Notes: a model not told the origin generated them from the letters alone. A DNA stretch of 64,000 bases from Alloprevotella sp. (GCA_963617205.1 CAVEOA010000002.1:22289-86288); one strand, 5' to 3'. Shown: positions 35,367 to 45,413, counted from the first letter of the stretch. Numbers and translations are program-made.

Positions 35367-36092
35367 ATGTTCATTTGGATGTTTGCAACTCTCGTAGCCT
35401 ATTTTGTAAAAGGAATATGTGGTTTTGCAAGCACGATGGTTTTTACCTCCATTGCCTCCCTTGGCAACGCGGCAAACGTCCTGATTACGCCCACCGATCT
35501 TTTGCTGGGCGCCCCTACCAATCTCATCATGATCGTCAAGCATCGTCAGTATCTCCGCGTCAAGCTGATTCTCCCCCTGTTCCTGACGGTCATGCTCGGT
35601 TCAATTCCCGGCGTTTTCTTCCTGCGGAACATCGATGCACAGCTGACAAAAGCGTTTTTCGGCGTGCTCATCATCTGCTTGAGCGGCTATTCCCTTCTAA
35701 GCGATCGACTTGTTCCTGCGCATCCCCTGAAAACCAGCAAGCCAGTGCTCTATCTCATCGGCATTCTCTCCGGCGTTGTGACAGGGCTTTACGGAGTAGG
35801 CGCTTTGCTCGCCGCCTATTTCAGCCACATCGAAAAGGATCCGCACGTTTTCAAGGGCAATATTTGCGCCGTCTTTTTAGCCGAGGATGTTTTCCGCCTC
35901 ATTCTGTATATCGCGACAGGCATCATTACCGCTGACATCCTGAAAAGTGCCTTGCTGCTCACGCCCTTTATGATCATCGGCATGGTTGCAGGGCTCAAAT
36001 GCTCTTCCAGGATGAATGACCATCGCTTAAATCTGGTCATCAACCTCTTTCTGATTTTATCCGGCATCATTCTGATTTTTTCCGTTTTATAA
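35367..36092 (+). CDS. TSUP (TauE/SafE, DUF81) family membrane transporter, second copy
   Basis: MFIWMFATLVAYFVKGICGFAST... with about 8 TM segments. ATG 35367 follows gaaggag. Confidence 0.75.
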   Translation: MFIWMFATLVAYFVKGICGFASTMVFTSIASLGNAANVLITPTDLLLGAPTNLIMIVKHRQYLRVKLILPLFLTVMLGSIPGVFFLRNIDAQLTKAFFGVLIICLSGYSLLSDRLVPAHPLKTSKPVLYLIGILSGVVTGLYGVGALLAAYFSHIEKDPHVFKGNICAVFLAEDVFRLILYIATGIITADILKSALLLTPFMIIGMVAGLKCSSRMNDHRLNLVINLFLILSGIILIFSVL

Positions 36093-36097
36093 CCCCC

Positions 36098-36114
36098 TTC
36101 AAAAGCGCTTTGAA
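36098..36114. promoter_or_regulatory. Near-palindrome TTCAAAAGCGCTTTGAA (LacI/cre-like operator candidate) just upstream of the LacI gene
   Basis: Read directly. The GCGC-centred palindrome lies between the TSUP stop (36092) and the LacI start (36129). Confidence 0.3.
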
Positions 36115-36128
36115 AGAAGGCAGATACC

Positions 36129-37142
36129 GTGGAAATCAAGAAATCCGTTGTAACCCGCAAAGACGTTGCCTTAGCCGCCGGCGTATCTGAAACCATTGTG
36201 TCCTACGTCATCAACAACACCCGTCATGTGGCGCCTGAAAAAAGGAAGCGCGTGCTGGAGGCCATCGAGCAGTTGCATTATAAGCCGAATACCATTGCCC
36301 GTACCCTGCGCGGCAAAGGAAGCAGCCACATTTTGTTCGTTGCCGGCAATCTGAGCAACGAGTATTACGGCAGCCTTGTGGAGGCCATCGACGCCGTTGC
36401 CTGCGATGCAGGTTTTCTGATTTCTCTGATGAGCTATCAAAACTCGCCCGACTTTGTAAGCCGGATTCTGACGCGGCAGGTCGATGCCGTCATCATTTCC
36501 TCGATTGCGATGAGCGTGGACAGCATCCGAAAATTAGCGGACGCCGGTCTTGCCGTTGTGCTGCTCATGTCCCGTGATTATCCCGACCTGCATTGCGATA
36601 ACATATCCCACATCTATACCGGCATCGAAAGCGGCATCATGCGCGCTGTCCGATTGATGTATGACAAAGGGCGGCGCAACCTCGTGCATGTCGATCGCAT
36701 CAGCCGAAACGGTCATTTTTCCAATCGGCAGGATCTTCGTTATCGCGGGTTCTGCAATCAGATGGAGGCATACGGGCTTCCCTTGCATAAGTCGTCCTTT
36801 ATCACCGGATGCACCAATTATGAGGAGCTGTTCGACGCGGTCAAGGCACGCATACGCAGCGGCATTCCCGTGGATGGCTTTGTCTGCCGCAACGACCTCC
36901 TTGCGTGCACGGTCGTGAATGCGGTGCAGAGCTGCGGGCTCAACGTGCCGAATGACATTTCCGTAACAGGCTTTGATGACTCTCGCATGAGCCGCGTTAT
37001 TCAGCCGCAGTTAACCACTCTGGCGCATGATCAGGCCGGGATCGCCGCTGCCATTCTGGAAACCATCAAGCACATGCTCAGCGGCGGCAAGGCGGAGGAT
37101 CACTATTTCCAAACAACGTTGATTGAGCGGAGCACCACCTGA
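36129..37142 (+). CDS. LacI-family transcriptional regulator
   Basis: N-terminal HTH VTRKDVALAAGVSETIVSYVINN plus a periplasmic-binding-protein-like effector domain. GTG start after aagaagg. Confidence 0.85.
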   Translation: MEIKKSVVTRKDVALAAGVSETIVSYVINNTRHVAPEKRKRVLEAIEQLHYKPNTIARTLRGKGSSHILFVAGNLSNEYYGSLVEAIDAVACDAGFLISLMSYQNSPDFVSRILTRQVDAVIISSIAMSVDSIRKLADAGLAVVLLMSRDYPDLHCDNISHIYTGIESGIMRAVRLMYDKGRRNLVHVDRISRNGHFSNRQDLRYRGFCNQMEAYGLPLHKSSFITGCTNYEELFDAVKARIRSGIPVDGFVCRNDLLACTVVNAVQSCGLNVPNDISVTGFDDSRMSRVIQPQLTTLAHDQAGIAAAILETIKHMLSGGKAEDHYFQTTLIERSTT

Positions 37143-37393
37143 CTAAAGCGTTTTTTCCATGCGTCCCTCTGAAAAAGTTGCAATTCGTCCGTTGATTTCA
37201 CCGCCGCTTTGAGATATAATAAAGGTGGATTTGTGCGTATGCCCGTAATTTCATAAGAAAGGCGCTTATTGGCTATATCTTCCTCATAGCCTTCAAACAC
37301 GTCAAACCGCGTTATATCGTACGATTTTCCGTTGCACAGCGGGCAGGGCGCTTCCTTCCAGACGACGATTTCACCGAAACGGAGCGTGATGCG

Positions 37394-38563
37394 ATGCGGG
37401 AACAGGAGCAGCTGCTGATTCAGTGGCTCAGCGGTTTCTATGACAAAAATCCGGCCATGCTTCGGAAAATGCTGCTGTCGATCGGCGTTCCGGCTTCGGG
37501 AACGCAACGCTATGCAGCGGTGAGCATTGTCGGCGACCACCTGTGGGAGGCAAGAAAATGGCGGCAGCAGCTGCAAACAATCTGCGAGGAGGAAGGCGGC
37601 GGCAAGCGAAATATTGTCTGGTGCTGCATGCCGCAGAACGCGAATGAGCTGTGCGCCGTCTATACGGAGGAGGATCGTTGGCAGTTCGATCAGCTGGAGG
37701 AGGAGCTGTTCCGCGTTTCCGAAATTCTGAAGCAGATGTTTCAGCTCAGCCTGACGTTTGGCATCGGAACGCCCGCGACAACCCCATCCGGCGTATCAAA
37801 CAGCATGCGCGAGGCCCGCATTGCGGCAGACTATCGAATGCTCTACGGTGCGGGACAGGTGATCACATACCGAAGCGTGGCGGCGCGCACATGCGTCATT
37901 CCACAGTTTCCGGAAAACCTGTTCAAGGCGGTGCTCAGCGCGTTCGAGCGGCGTGCGATTGTCGAATTTGAGCAGCAGCTGAATTTGCTGTTTCTTGATT
38001 TCGGTGCGCAATCCGTGGAATATGCACGCGTGCTGATTCATCATCTGCTGATTGAGCTTTACAGGCGGATGTCGAATGAGGTGCGCATGGACTGCGGGCT
38101 TATCGAGGTCCTGAATGCCGTTGCAGCATGCTCCTATCTGGAGGAAATCAACTGCGTCGTCCGGCAGTTCGGCATCCGAACCATTGAATACAGCGCGGAC
38201 ACGCAGAATCAGGAGCGCAGGCGGGAGCAAATGAATGCCGTGCTCCGGCTGATTGAGGAAGGGCTGTCGGACGCGGATCTCAACATCAATGCGATTGCCG
38301 ACAGGATGAGCCTTTCGACCAATTCCGTTCGTGCGCTGTTCAAGGACTTCGGTTATCCGTCCCCGAAGGATTATATTCAGCAGCTGCGGATGGACAAGGC
38401 ATGCCGCCTGCTGGAGGAAACATCCCTGACGGCAAAGGAAATCGGACAACAGATCGGCTTTCCGGACAGCCGTTATTTCTACGTCGTGTTTAAGAAATGC
38501 ACCGGCAAAACAGCATACGCATACCGCGCCGAAAAGCAGCGAAATTCCTCGGACACCCTGTGA
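37394..38563 (+). CDS. AraC-family transcriptional regulator with a non-receiver N-terminal domain
   Basis: C-terminal double HTH (INAIADRMSLSTNSVRALFK, LTAKEIGQQIGFPDSRYFYVVFKK). The frame is closed by TAA at 37220 and has no alternative start before 37394. Confidence 0.8.
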   Translation: MREQEQLLIQWLSGFYDKNPAMLRKMLLSIGVPASGTQRYAAVSIVGDHLWEARKWRQQLQTICEEEGGGKRNIVWCCMPQNANELCAVYTEEDRWQFDQLEEELFRVSEILKQMFQLSLTFGIGTPATTPSGVSNSMREARIAADYRMLYGAGQVITYRSVAARTCVIPQFPENLFKAVLSAFERRAIVEFEQQLNLLFLDFGAQSVEYARVLIHHLLIELYRRMSNEVRMDCGLIEVLNAVAACSYLEEINCVVRQFGIRTIEYSADTQNQERRREQMNAVLRLIEEGLSDADLNINAIADRMSLSTNSVRALFKDFGYPSPKDYIQQLRMDKACRLLEETSLTAKEIGQQIGFPDSRYFYVVFKKCTGKTAYAYRAEKQRNSSDTL

Positions 38564-38587
38564 AAAAACGCAGGGTGTTTGTTTTTG
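38553..38587 (+). terminator. Rho-independent terminator after the AraC gene
   Basis: ACACCCTG (38553-38560), a 10-nt loop, CAGGGTGT (38571-38578), then TTGTTTTTG. Confidence 0.6.
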
Positions 38588-38685
38588 CGAAAATTCAAAA
38601 AGTGCGCTTTTTCCGTACTTGTCAAAACAGGCAAATTATTAGACAATTAAGCCATCAAAGAGAGCAAGGAAAGGAAGCGAGCGGG

Positions 38686-39630
38686 ATGAAGGCAATCGTT
38701 GCGGGAAAGAAGAAACATCGTGACGGATTTTTCCATGAGATGCACCAGAACTTTTTCCTCTATCTGCTGACAGTGCCCGGTATCATCTTTTTTCTGATTT
38801 TCAGCTATTTGCCGATGGGCGGTCTGGTGATTGCCTTCCAGGATTATTCCATGAGGAAGGGCATTTTCGGCTCCTCCTTCAACGGCATCAACAATTTCAA
38901 GTTCCTTTTTGCGACGGGCGATATCTGGCGGATTACCGGCAATACGCTTTTCCTCAACCTCCTGTTTATCATCTTCACGACAGCCATGAGCGTGTTTCTG
39001 GCGATTCTGTTCAGCGAGGTGAAGAACAGGAAGTTCAAGCGGATTACGCAGACAATCTCCATTCTGCCGAATTTCGTTTCCTGGACGGTGATTGCGCTGT
39101 TCCTGGACGCCTTTATCGACACCAACACGGGCATGATTTCCAGAGCGCTGCAGCAGACGGGCGTGACGGTTGACATCTACAGCACCGCGTCCTACTGGCC
39201 GAGCATCCTCGTGTTCCTCAAAATTTGGCAGGGAGCAGGCTACGGTGCCATCGTGTACATCGCGACAATCGTCGGCATTGACCCGCAAATTTATGAGGCT
39301 GCCGATATTGACGGTGCAACGCGAATGCAGAAGATTACGCGGATTACATTGCCGATGCTCAAGCCCACCATCATCCTGATGAGCCTGTTCAGTGTCGGAC
39401 GCATCTTCTACGGCGACTTCGGCATGATTTATGCGCTGGTTGGCGACAACAGCCTGATTTTCTCGACGACGGACGTCATCGATACGTATGTGTACCGCAT
39501 GATGCGCACGCTTCGGAATTACGGCATGAGCTCTGCGACGGGATTGTTCCAGTCTGTTCTCGGCTTTGTGTTCATCCTCTGTGTGAACGGCATTGCCCGG
39601 AGGATAGAACCGGACAGCGCACTGTTCTGA
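38686..39630 (+). CDS. ABC transporter permease, LplB/polysaccharide-type
   Basis: FFLYLLTVPGIIFFLIFSYLPMGGLVIAFQDY and EAA loop YEAADIDGATRMQKITRITLP. ATG 38686 follows aaggaaaggaag. Confidence 0.85.
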   Translation: MKAIVAGKKKHRDGFFHEMHQNFFLYLLTVPGIIFFLIFSYLPMGGLVIAFQDYSMRKGIFGSSFNGINNFKFLFATGDIWRITGNTLFLNLLFIIFTTAMSVFLAILFSEVKNRKFKRITQTISILPNFVSWTVIALFLDAFIDTNTGMISRALQQTGVTVDIYSTASYWPSILVFLKIWQGAGYGAIVYIATIVGIDPQIYEAADIDGATRMQKITRITLPMLKPTIILMSLFSVGRIFYGDFGMIYALVGDNSLIFSTTDVIDTYVYRMMRTLRNYGMSSATGLFQSVLGFVFILCVNGIARRIEPDSALF

Positions 39631-39645
39631 GAAAGGAGAAGCAAA

Positions 39646-40563
39646 ATGGAACATTCTCTTCGTCAGAAAAAACAGCCTCTTTCGTCCCGCAAACGGTTCA
39701 CGGCGATGGATGTGGTGATCTACGCGCTGATTCTCATTTTCTGCGCGCTGTGCGTGATTCCGTTCCTGGTCGCCATCAGCGCCTCCTTCAGCGATGAAAG
39801 GACGCTGCTGCGCGAGGGTTACAGCCTGCTGCCGAAGGCGTTCACGCTGCAGGCATACAACATGCTGTTCCAGACGGATCAGATTTATGACAGCTACAAG
39901 GTGTCCATCTTTGTTGCCGTCGTCGGAACGCTGCTGTCCATGATTGTCACCGCCATGATGGCGTATCCGCTTTCGGTGCAGAAGGTGCGCTACCGCGGAA
40001 AAATCTCCTTCTTCGTCTACTTCACCATGCTTTTCAGCGGCGGTCTTGTGCCGACGTACATGCTCATCGCCAAATACCTGAACATGCGCGATACCATCTG
40101 GGTGCTGATTCTGCCCGTGCTGGTGAACCCGTGGAACCTGTTCCTGCTGCGCAACTTCTTCGCTGCGATTCCTGCTGAATTGCACGAAAGCGCGAGAATC
40201 GACGGCGCGAATGACGTCCGCATTCTCTGGCAGATTATTCTGCCGGTATCGCTGCCGGCGCTGGCAACCGTTTCGCTGTTCTATCTGGTTGCCTACTGGA
40301 ATCAGTGGTTCAACGCGATGCTGTATATCGAGGACACGTCGCTGTATCCGCTGCAATACCTGATCATGAGGATGCTGCGGAACATCGAGCTGCTCAAGCA
40401 GATGTCCTCCCAGGCAGGCTTTGCGGTTGACATGAGCAGCCTGCCGTCAACGACCACAAAGATGGCGACCGCAATCGTCACCATAGGTCCGATTATCCTG
40501 GCGTATCCGTTTGCGCAGAAGTATTTCACATCCGGTCTGATTGTCGGCTCGGTAAAGGGCTGA
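39646..40563 (+). CDS. ABC transporter permease, LplC-type
   Basis: EAA loop LHESARIDGANDVRILWQIILP and 6 TM segments. Confidence 0.85.
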   Translation: MEHSLRQKKQPLSSRKRFTAMDVVIYALILIFCALCVIPFLVAISASFSDERTLLREGYSLLPKAFTLQAYNMLFQTDQIYDSYKVSIFVAVVGTLLSMIVTAMMAYPLSVQKVRYRGKISFFVYFTMLFSGGLVPTYMLIAKYLNMRDTIWVLILPVLVNPWNLFLLRNFFAAIPAELHESARIDGANDVRILWQIILPVSLPALATVSLFYLVAYWNQWFNAMLYIEDTSLYPLQYLIMRMLRNIELLKQMSSQAGFAVDMSSLPSTTTKMATAIVTIGPIILAYPFAQKYFTSGLIVGSVKG

Positions 40564-40618
40564 TCCCCATCGAATCTACCGCGCATAGACGCGGAGAAAA
40601 ATAGAGGAGGTTTCTGGT

Positions 40619-42178
40619 ATGAAAAAGTTTGTCTCTCTGCTGCTCGCAGTGGCTGTGATGCTGCTGCTCGTTGTTCCGGCGTGCGCAGAAACGGAGATCA
40701 AGATCTATCTCTTCGGGCAGGCACAGAACATGGACAAGGTGCTGGCGAAGTTCTACGAGGATTCCGGGCTTGACATCCGCCTGAACATCGTTTGGAACAC
40801 CGGCGCGGATCACCGTGAAAAGCTCCCGCTGCTCATGGGCAACGAGGAAACGGCAGATCTTGTCTTTGATGCGTACTGGATGAACCTGTCGACCATGATC
40901 AATCAGGAAATGTACGCTGATCTGTCGAGCTATTTCAATAACGATGATTATCCGGGTCTGAAGGCGGCCTTCTCCGAGAGCTATCTGGCTCAGGTAACGG
41001 AGGAAGACGGCGCCATCTACGCCATTCCGTTCACGCAGGCTGCCAACGACATCCAGTGCATTTACTACCGCGCTGATCTGGCGGAAAAGTACGGCATCAC
41101 GATTGACAGCAACGAAGCGCTGGAGGAATACTTCAAGGCGGTTCAGGCCAATGAAAAGGACATGGTCGCACCGTTCGGTATCGGCGGCAGCCGCGCCATG
41201 TACTATCTTGACCTGGACATCATGGAAAAGAAGCAGGCAAACATCTTTGAAATCACCGGCAGCGGCACGGCCGTCGGCATGGAATTCGAGGTTGCCATCA
41301 GCGAAGACGGCAAGACGGTGCTTGGCGCAACGGCGCTCGGTGCACCTGATTCCTACAGCGAAGCCTTCCCCGAGCCCTACACGACCAACACCCGCAATAC
41401 CCGCGCCATTGAAAAGCTGACGAAGTGGGCGCAGTACACCCAGCCGAACTCCATCACTGAGGACGACGCGGCGAACAATTTGTTCTTCACCGGTCTTGTC
41501 GCAGCCATCGAGGGCAACGTCAGCAACTACGAGACCTATGCGCGTGAAATCGGGAAAATCGAAGGCGCATCGATCGGCATGTACGTGTACAATGAAGGCC
41601 TGCGCAACATGGAAGAAGGCTACTACGTCACGACCGGTCAGACCGCGTGGAACTTCCTCTGCGTGCCGTACTACAGCAAGAACATCGACGCCGCGATGAA
41701 ATTCATTGACTGGATCTTCCAGAGCAAAGAAAATCATGACCTGTTCGAGCTTGGCATTGCAGGCGAGGATTTCGAGCTGAACGAGGCAGGCGAGTACACG
41801 AAGCTGGAAAACAGCGCGCAGTACAGCTTCCCCGGCTATGAAATGACCTGGAACCCGAACTTCGTGCGCACAAACGCAGCGCTGCCGGATGACGTCAAGG
41901 CCATGGTGAACTACCAGAACAATCCCAGCAGCTACACCTCGTCCGTACTGGACGGCTTCACGTTTGACAACCAGGCCACGTCCGAGCTGACGACGGCTTA
42001 TGCAGCGGTCTCGGCGGTGCAGAGCGAGTATGTCCGTCCGCTGATGCACGGCACCTACGGCGCTGATACTGCCGCAAAGCTGGATGAATACTGGCAGCGT
42101 GCGCAGGCGGCTGGCATCGAGGTCATCCGTCAGGCGGTGATCGACCAGGTGCAGGCGTATCTGGACGCGCAGAACTGA
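40619..42178 (+). CDS. Large extracellular solute-binding lipoprotein (LplA-type)
   Basis: Signal with lipobox-like LLLVVPACAE. 519 aa, the typical size for LplA-type oligosaccharide binders. Confidence 0.8.
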   Translation: MKKFVSLLLAVAVMLLLVVPACAETEIKIYLFGQAQNMDKVLAKFYEDSGLDIRLNIVWNTGADHREKLPLLMGNEETADLVFDAYWMNLSTMINQEMYADLSSYFNNDDYPGLKAAFSESYLAQVTEEDGAIYAIPFTQAANDIQCIYYRADLAEKYGITIDSNEALEEYFKAVQANEKDMVAPFGIGGSRAMYYLDLDIMEKKQANIFEITGSGTAVGMEFEVAISEDGKTVLGATALGAPDSYSEAFPEPYTTNTRNTRAIEKLTKWAQYTQPNSITEDDAANNLFFTGLVAAIEGNVSNYETYAREIGKIEGASIGMYVYNEGLRNMEEGYYVTTGQTAWNFLCVPYYSKNIDAAMKFIDWIFQSKENHDLFELGIAGEDFELNEAGEYTKLENSAQYSFPGYEMTWNPNFVRTNAALPDDVKAMVNYQNNPSSYTSSVLDGFTFDNQATSELTTAYAAVSAVQSEYVRPLMHGTYGADTAAKLDEYWQRAQAAGIEVIRQAVIDQVQAYLDAQN

Positions 42179-42252
42179 TGTAATTTGAGGAATGCTCGGG
42201 GGCAGGGGAAAACCACTCTCCTGCCCTCGACAATGAAAGTGAGGGATTTGCC

Positions 42253-43302
42253 GTGCGCGCAATCCTGCTGGCTGACCTGCATCATCGGAATTTTATCCAC
42301 GAGGATTTCTTCGGCGTCTATTCCGATTATGTGCTTGAACAGCTTGGTGAAATGGTAGATCTTGAGCCGCAGCCTGTTTTTCTGCATGAATTTGATGAGA
42401 AAAAAGAAATCCTTGAAAAGACAGAAATTATCTTCAGCAACTGGGGCATGCCCGAGCTGCCGCTTTCTGTTATTCAGGAGAAGCTGCCAAACATCAAGGC
42501 CGTTTTTTATGCCGGCGGCGTGATTCATGACTTTGCAACGCCGTATTTCCAACTGGGTGCACGCGTGTTTTCAACCGGGCTGACGAATGCCGTTCCCGCG
42601 AGCGAATATACGCTGGCGAATATTCTGCTGGCGGCAAAGGGCGTCCATCATGCCATCAGAAACTACAACGGTCCGGACATGTATCACCGCGAACGGCACG
42701 AAATCCGCTGCCACCGCGGCGGATTCCAGACACGCGTGGGCATCCTGGGCGTTGGGCGTGTCGGCAGCCGTGTGGCAAAGCTCCTTCAGCAGCATGATTT
42801 GCAGGTGTATGGCTGCGACCCGTTCCTGCCGCCGAGCAAGGCAAGGATGCTTGGCATTACCATGGTTGAACAGGAGGATCTGTTCCAGTCCTGCGACATC
42901 GTCTCCTGTCATTTGCCAACCAAGGCGAATCTCCGCGGGGTTGTCGGCTACAATGAGTTAAGCAGCATGCATGAGTATGCTACGTTCATCAACGCCGCGC
43001 AATGCGATGTTGTTGATCAGGAAGGGCTGATCCGCGCCCTTCAGGAATGCCCGACAAAGACGGCTATCCTGGATTCCACTGACCCGATGCCGTTGCCCGA
43101 AAATCATCCGCTGCTAACGATGCGCAACGTATTCGTGACGCCGCACATTGCCGGCAGCATGGGCAATGAGATGGAGCGCATGGGGCTTGCCGTGGTCGAT
43201 GCATGCAGCGACTATCTTTCAAGTCGTTTCTCGCAGTTCGAGTTCAGCAGAGAAAAGTATTTTAGCCATGAGCTGGATGACAGAGGAGGATTCCCGACAT
43301 GA
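42253..43302 (+). CDS. D-isomer-specific 2-hydroxyacid dehydrogenase-family protein (atypical active-site motif)
   Basis: NAD-binding loop GILGVGRVGSRVA and TPHIAGS are present. The expected N-x-[AS]-R-G-x-x-V-D block reads INAAQCDVVD. Confidence 0.65.
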   Translation: MRAILLADLHHRNFIHEDFFGVYSDYVLEQLGEMVDLEPQPVFLHEFDEKKEILEKTEIIFSNWGMPELPLSVIQEKLPNIKAVFYAGGVIHDFATPYFQLGARVFSTGLTNAVPASEYTLANILLAAKGVHHAIRNYNGPDMYHRERHEIRCHRGGFQTRVGILGVGRVGSRVAKLLQQHDLQVYGCDPFLPPSKARMLGITMVEQEDLFQSCDIVSCHLPTKANLRGVVGYNELSSMHEYATFINAAQCDVVDQEGLIRALQECPTKTAILDSTDPMPLPENHPLLTMRNVFVTPHIAGSMGNEMERMGLAVVDACSDYLSSRFSQFEFSREKYFSHELDDRGGFPT

Positions 43303-44417
43303 GCACCTATCAGCAGTGGGCGCAGAGCATGATGGAACGCCTGCAGGTAAAGCTGCCTTATGCCATTGAAAAGGCGCAGGGGCTTGATTTCATCCCCTAC
43401 ACCACGGAAAGCAACGAATGGAAGCCCGCTCCGATGGACGGCATCTGCTGGTGGACGAACGGCTTCTGGCCGGCAATCATGTGGCAGATGTACGCGCAGA
43501 CGCAGGATGAGCAATACATGGCGGAAGCACGGCGCACTCAGCAGATGCTGAATAAGGCGTTTCAGGACTTTCCGCATCTGCATCACGATGTCGGCTTCAT
43601 GTGGCGGATTTCAACAGGCTTTGATTACGAGCTGACATTTGACACGGCGAGCCGGGAAACGACGCTGTTCGCTGCAACCCTGCTGGCAGGACGCTATAAT
43701 CCGAACGGCTTCATCCGCGCATGGAATGATGACAAGGCAGGCTGGGCGATCATCGACTGCATGATGAACCTGTCCCTGCTGTATTGGGCAAGCGAGCAGA
43801 CAGGCGATCCGCGCTTTCAGCTGATAGCGCGCAGGCATGCGGATACGGTGCTCAAGCACTTCATCCGCGAAGACGGAACGAGCGAGCATATTGTCGTGTT
43901 CGATCCTGAAACGGGTGACGTGCTTCGCAAGCCGCGCGGTCAGGGGTATGGTCAGGGAACCGTGTGGAGCAGAGGTCAGGCGTGGGCACTCTACGGCTTT
44001 GCCATCAGCTATGCGCACACGGGTGATAAGCGCTATCTCGATACGGCAATCCGCGTCGCGAAGAGCTTCATTGACCATGTATCCTCCGACTGGTTGCCGG
44101 ACTGCGATTTCCGCGCACCGAAGGAGCCGGTTGTCAAGGATGACTGCGCAGGAGCGATTGCGGCATGCGGACTGCTGGAAATCAGCGAGCAGCTGGGCGA
44201 TACGCCGACCTCGTCGGAATTTCAGCAGGCAGCGTATCATCTGCTGAAGGCGCTCTGTGAGCAGCATGCGGACTGGTCGCTTCAGACGCCGTCCATCCTT
44301 CAGCGGTGCACCGGCGCATACCATGACAAGAGCCATCATATTGCCATGGTGTACGGCGATTATTACCTGATTGAAGGCATCATCCGTCTGCTGGGCAACA
44401 AGATGCTCAGGTGGTGA
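43299..44417 (+). CDS. GH88 unsaturated glucuronyl hydrolase-like protein
   Basis: WWTNGFWPAIMWQMY, HDVGFMW and WSRGQAWALYGF are (alpha/alpha)6 GH88/GH105-type motifs. The start overlaps the upstream stop (ATGA). Confidence 0.75.
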   Translation: MSTYQQWAQSMMERLQVKLPYAIEKAQGLDFIPYTTESNEWKPAPMDGICWWTNGFWPAIMWQMYAQTQDEQYMAEARRTQQMLNKAFQDFPHLHHDVGFMWRISTGFDYELTFDTASRETTLFAATLLAGRYNPNGFIRAWNDDKAGWAIIDCMMNLSLLYWASEQTGDPRFQLIARRHADTVLKHFIREDGTSEHIVVFDPETGDVLRKPRGQGYGQGTVWSRGQAWALYGFAISYAHTGDKRYLDTAIRVAKSFIDHVSSDWLPDCDFRAPKEPVVKDDCAGAIAACGLLEISEQLGDTPTSSEFQQAAYHLLKALCEQHADWSLQTPSILQRCTGAYHDKSHHIAMVYGDYYLIEGIIRLLGNKMLRW

Positions 44418-44422
44418 CGAAA

Positions 44423-45298
44423 ATGCAGTTGTCGCTGGTACAGGTGAAGCAGAACAGGCTCTACGATTTTCTGCATACTCCGGAGCTGCTCTCGAAAAGC
44501 GAGGCGCAGCGGCTTGCTGACGACATGGCGGAGCAGACGCTGTCGCTGATGGAGCAGGCGAACCCGTGCGATTTGATTGTCACAACCGAGGCCGTCAATT
44601 ATCCGGGCAGGTTGGCGTGCCTGTCGGGAAATTATGCGGATTACGTGGATGCGGCGCATCTGGAGGAACGCTTTGCTGCCTATGCGCGGAAACGCGGCTG
44701 CTACGTTCTGTCCGACCTGTACGTCAAGCGTGCAGGAAGATTGTATAATGAAGCAATCGTGTTCGACCGCAGTGGACAGGTTGCTGCGCGGTACGACAAG
44801 GTCCATCTGGCGGGCGAAGAACAGCAGACCCTTCAGGCAGGCAGCGAATATTGCGTGGTCGATGCGGACTTTGGGCGCTTCGGCATCGCAATTTGCTGGG
44901 ATATGCAGTTTCCGGAGGTGTGCAGACACTACGCGCTTGCGAATGTGCATCTGGTTGTTTGCCCGACATGGGGCTGGGAAAGCATCTACAGCCATGCCCG
45001 TGCATATGAAAACGGGATTTATGTTGCAGGCGCCATGTCTGTCCCGTATGAAGGAAGCATCCGCGGCATTCGCACGCCCAGCGAAATCATCGCGCCGGAT
45101 GGCAGCGTGCTGGCAGTCGGTTCGCCGGACAGCGCCGGCATTGTATCCGCATCGTTCGATTTACGCAGCGATGATGCCCTCTATCAGGTTCGGATGCACG
45201 ACAGGAGACCGGACACATATGGCACATTGATCTGCGCCGATCACCGCACCATCATGGAGGACAACATGGCGCAGCAGGTCATCGGCGGTAATGCGTAA
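44423..45298 (+). CDS. Carbon-nitrogen hydrolase (nitrilase superfamily) protein
   Basis: E-K-C triad context: VTTEAVNYPG, YDKVHL and IAICWDMQFPE. Confidence 0.75.
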   Translation: MQLSLVQVKQNRLYDFLHTPELLSKSEAQRLADDMAEQTLSLMEQANPCDLIVTTEAVNYPGRLACLSGNYADYVDAAHLEERFAAYARKRGCYVLSDLYVKRAGRLYNEAIVFDRSGQVAARYDKVHLAGEEQQTLQAGSEYCVVDADFGRFGIAICWDMQFPEVCRHYALANVHLVVCPTWGWESIYSHARAYENGIYVAGAMSVPYEGSIRGIRTPSEIIAPDGSVLAVGSPDSAGIVSASFDLRSDDALYQVRMHDRRPDTYGTLICADHRTIMEDNMAQQVIGGNA

Positions 45299-45413
45299 CC
45301 ACAGGCTTTCCATGCGGCGGAGAAAAGTGCAGCGCTAATATCGTCTGTGCGCAGGCATGATGCCGCCGGCAGGCTTGTCCGCTTAGACCGGCTGCCTTGA
45401 AACAGGATGCCGG

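Noticed and set aside
35168-35374. 69-aa N-terminal extension of the nagA ORF
   Set aside because: It would cover the nagA and TSUP promoters. A strong SD (gaaggaagg) precedes ATG 35167, where the NagA homology starts.
37103-37576. 157-aa minus-strand ORF bridging the LacI and AraC genes (contains CPLCNGKSYDITRF)
   Set aside because: Its ends overlap both well-supported plus-strand genes. The intergenic part has no ATG, GTG or TTG start and no SD. At most it is a decayed gene remnant.
38647-40356. 569-aa minus-strand ORF over the LplB/LplC permease genes
   Set aside because: It is antisense to two ABC permeases with clear EAA loops. The composition is R/H/Q/E-rich and it has no hydrophobic core or motifs.
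40526-42262. 578-aa minus-strand ORF over the LplA-type binding protein gene
   Set aside because: It is an antisense shadow ORF. The plus-strand protein has a signal peptide, an SD sequence and family-typical length.
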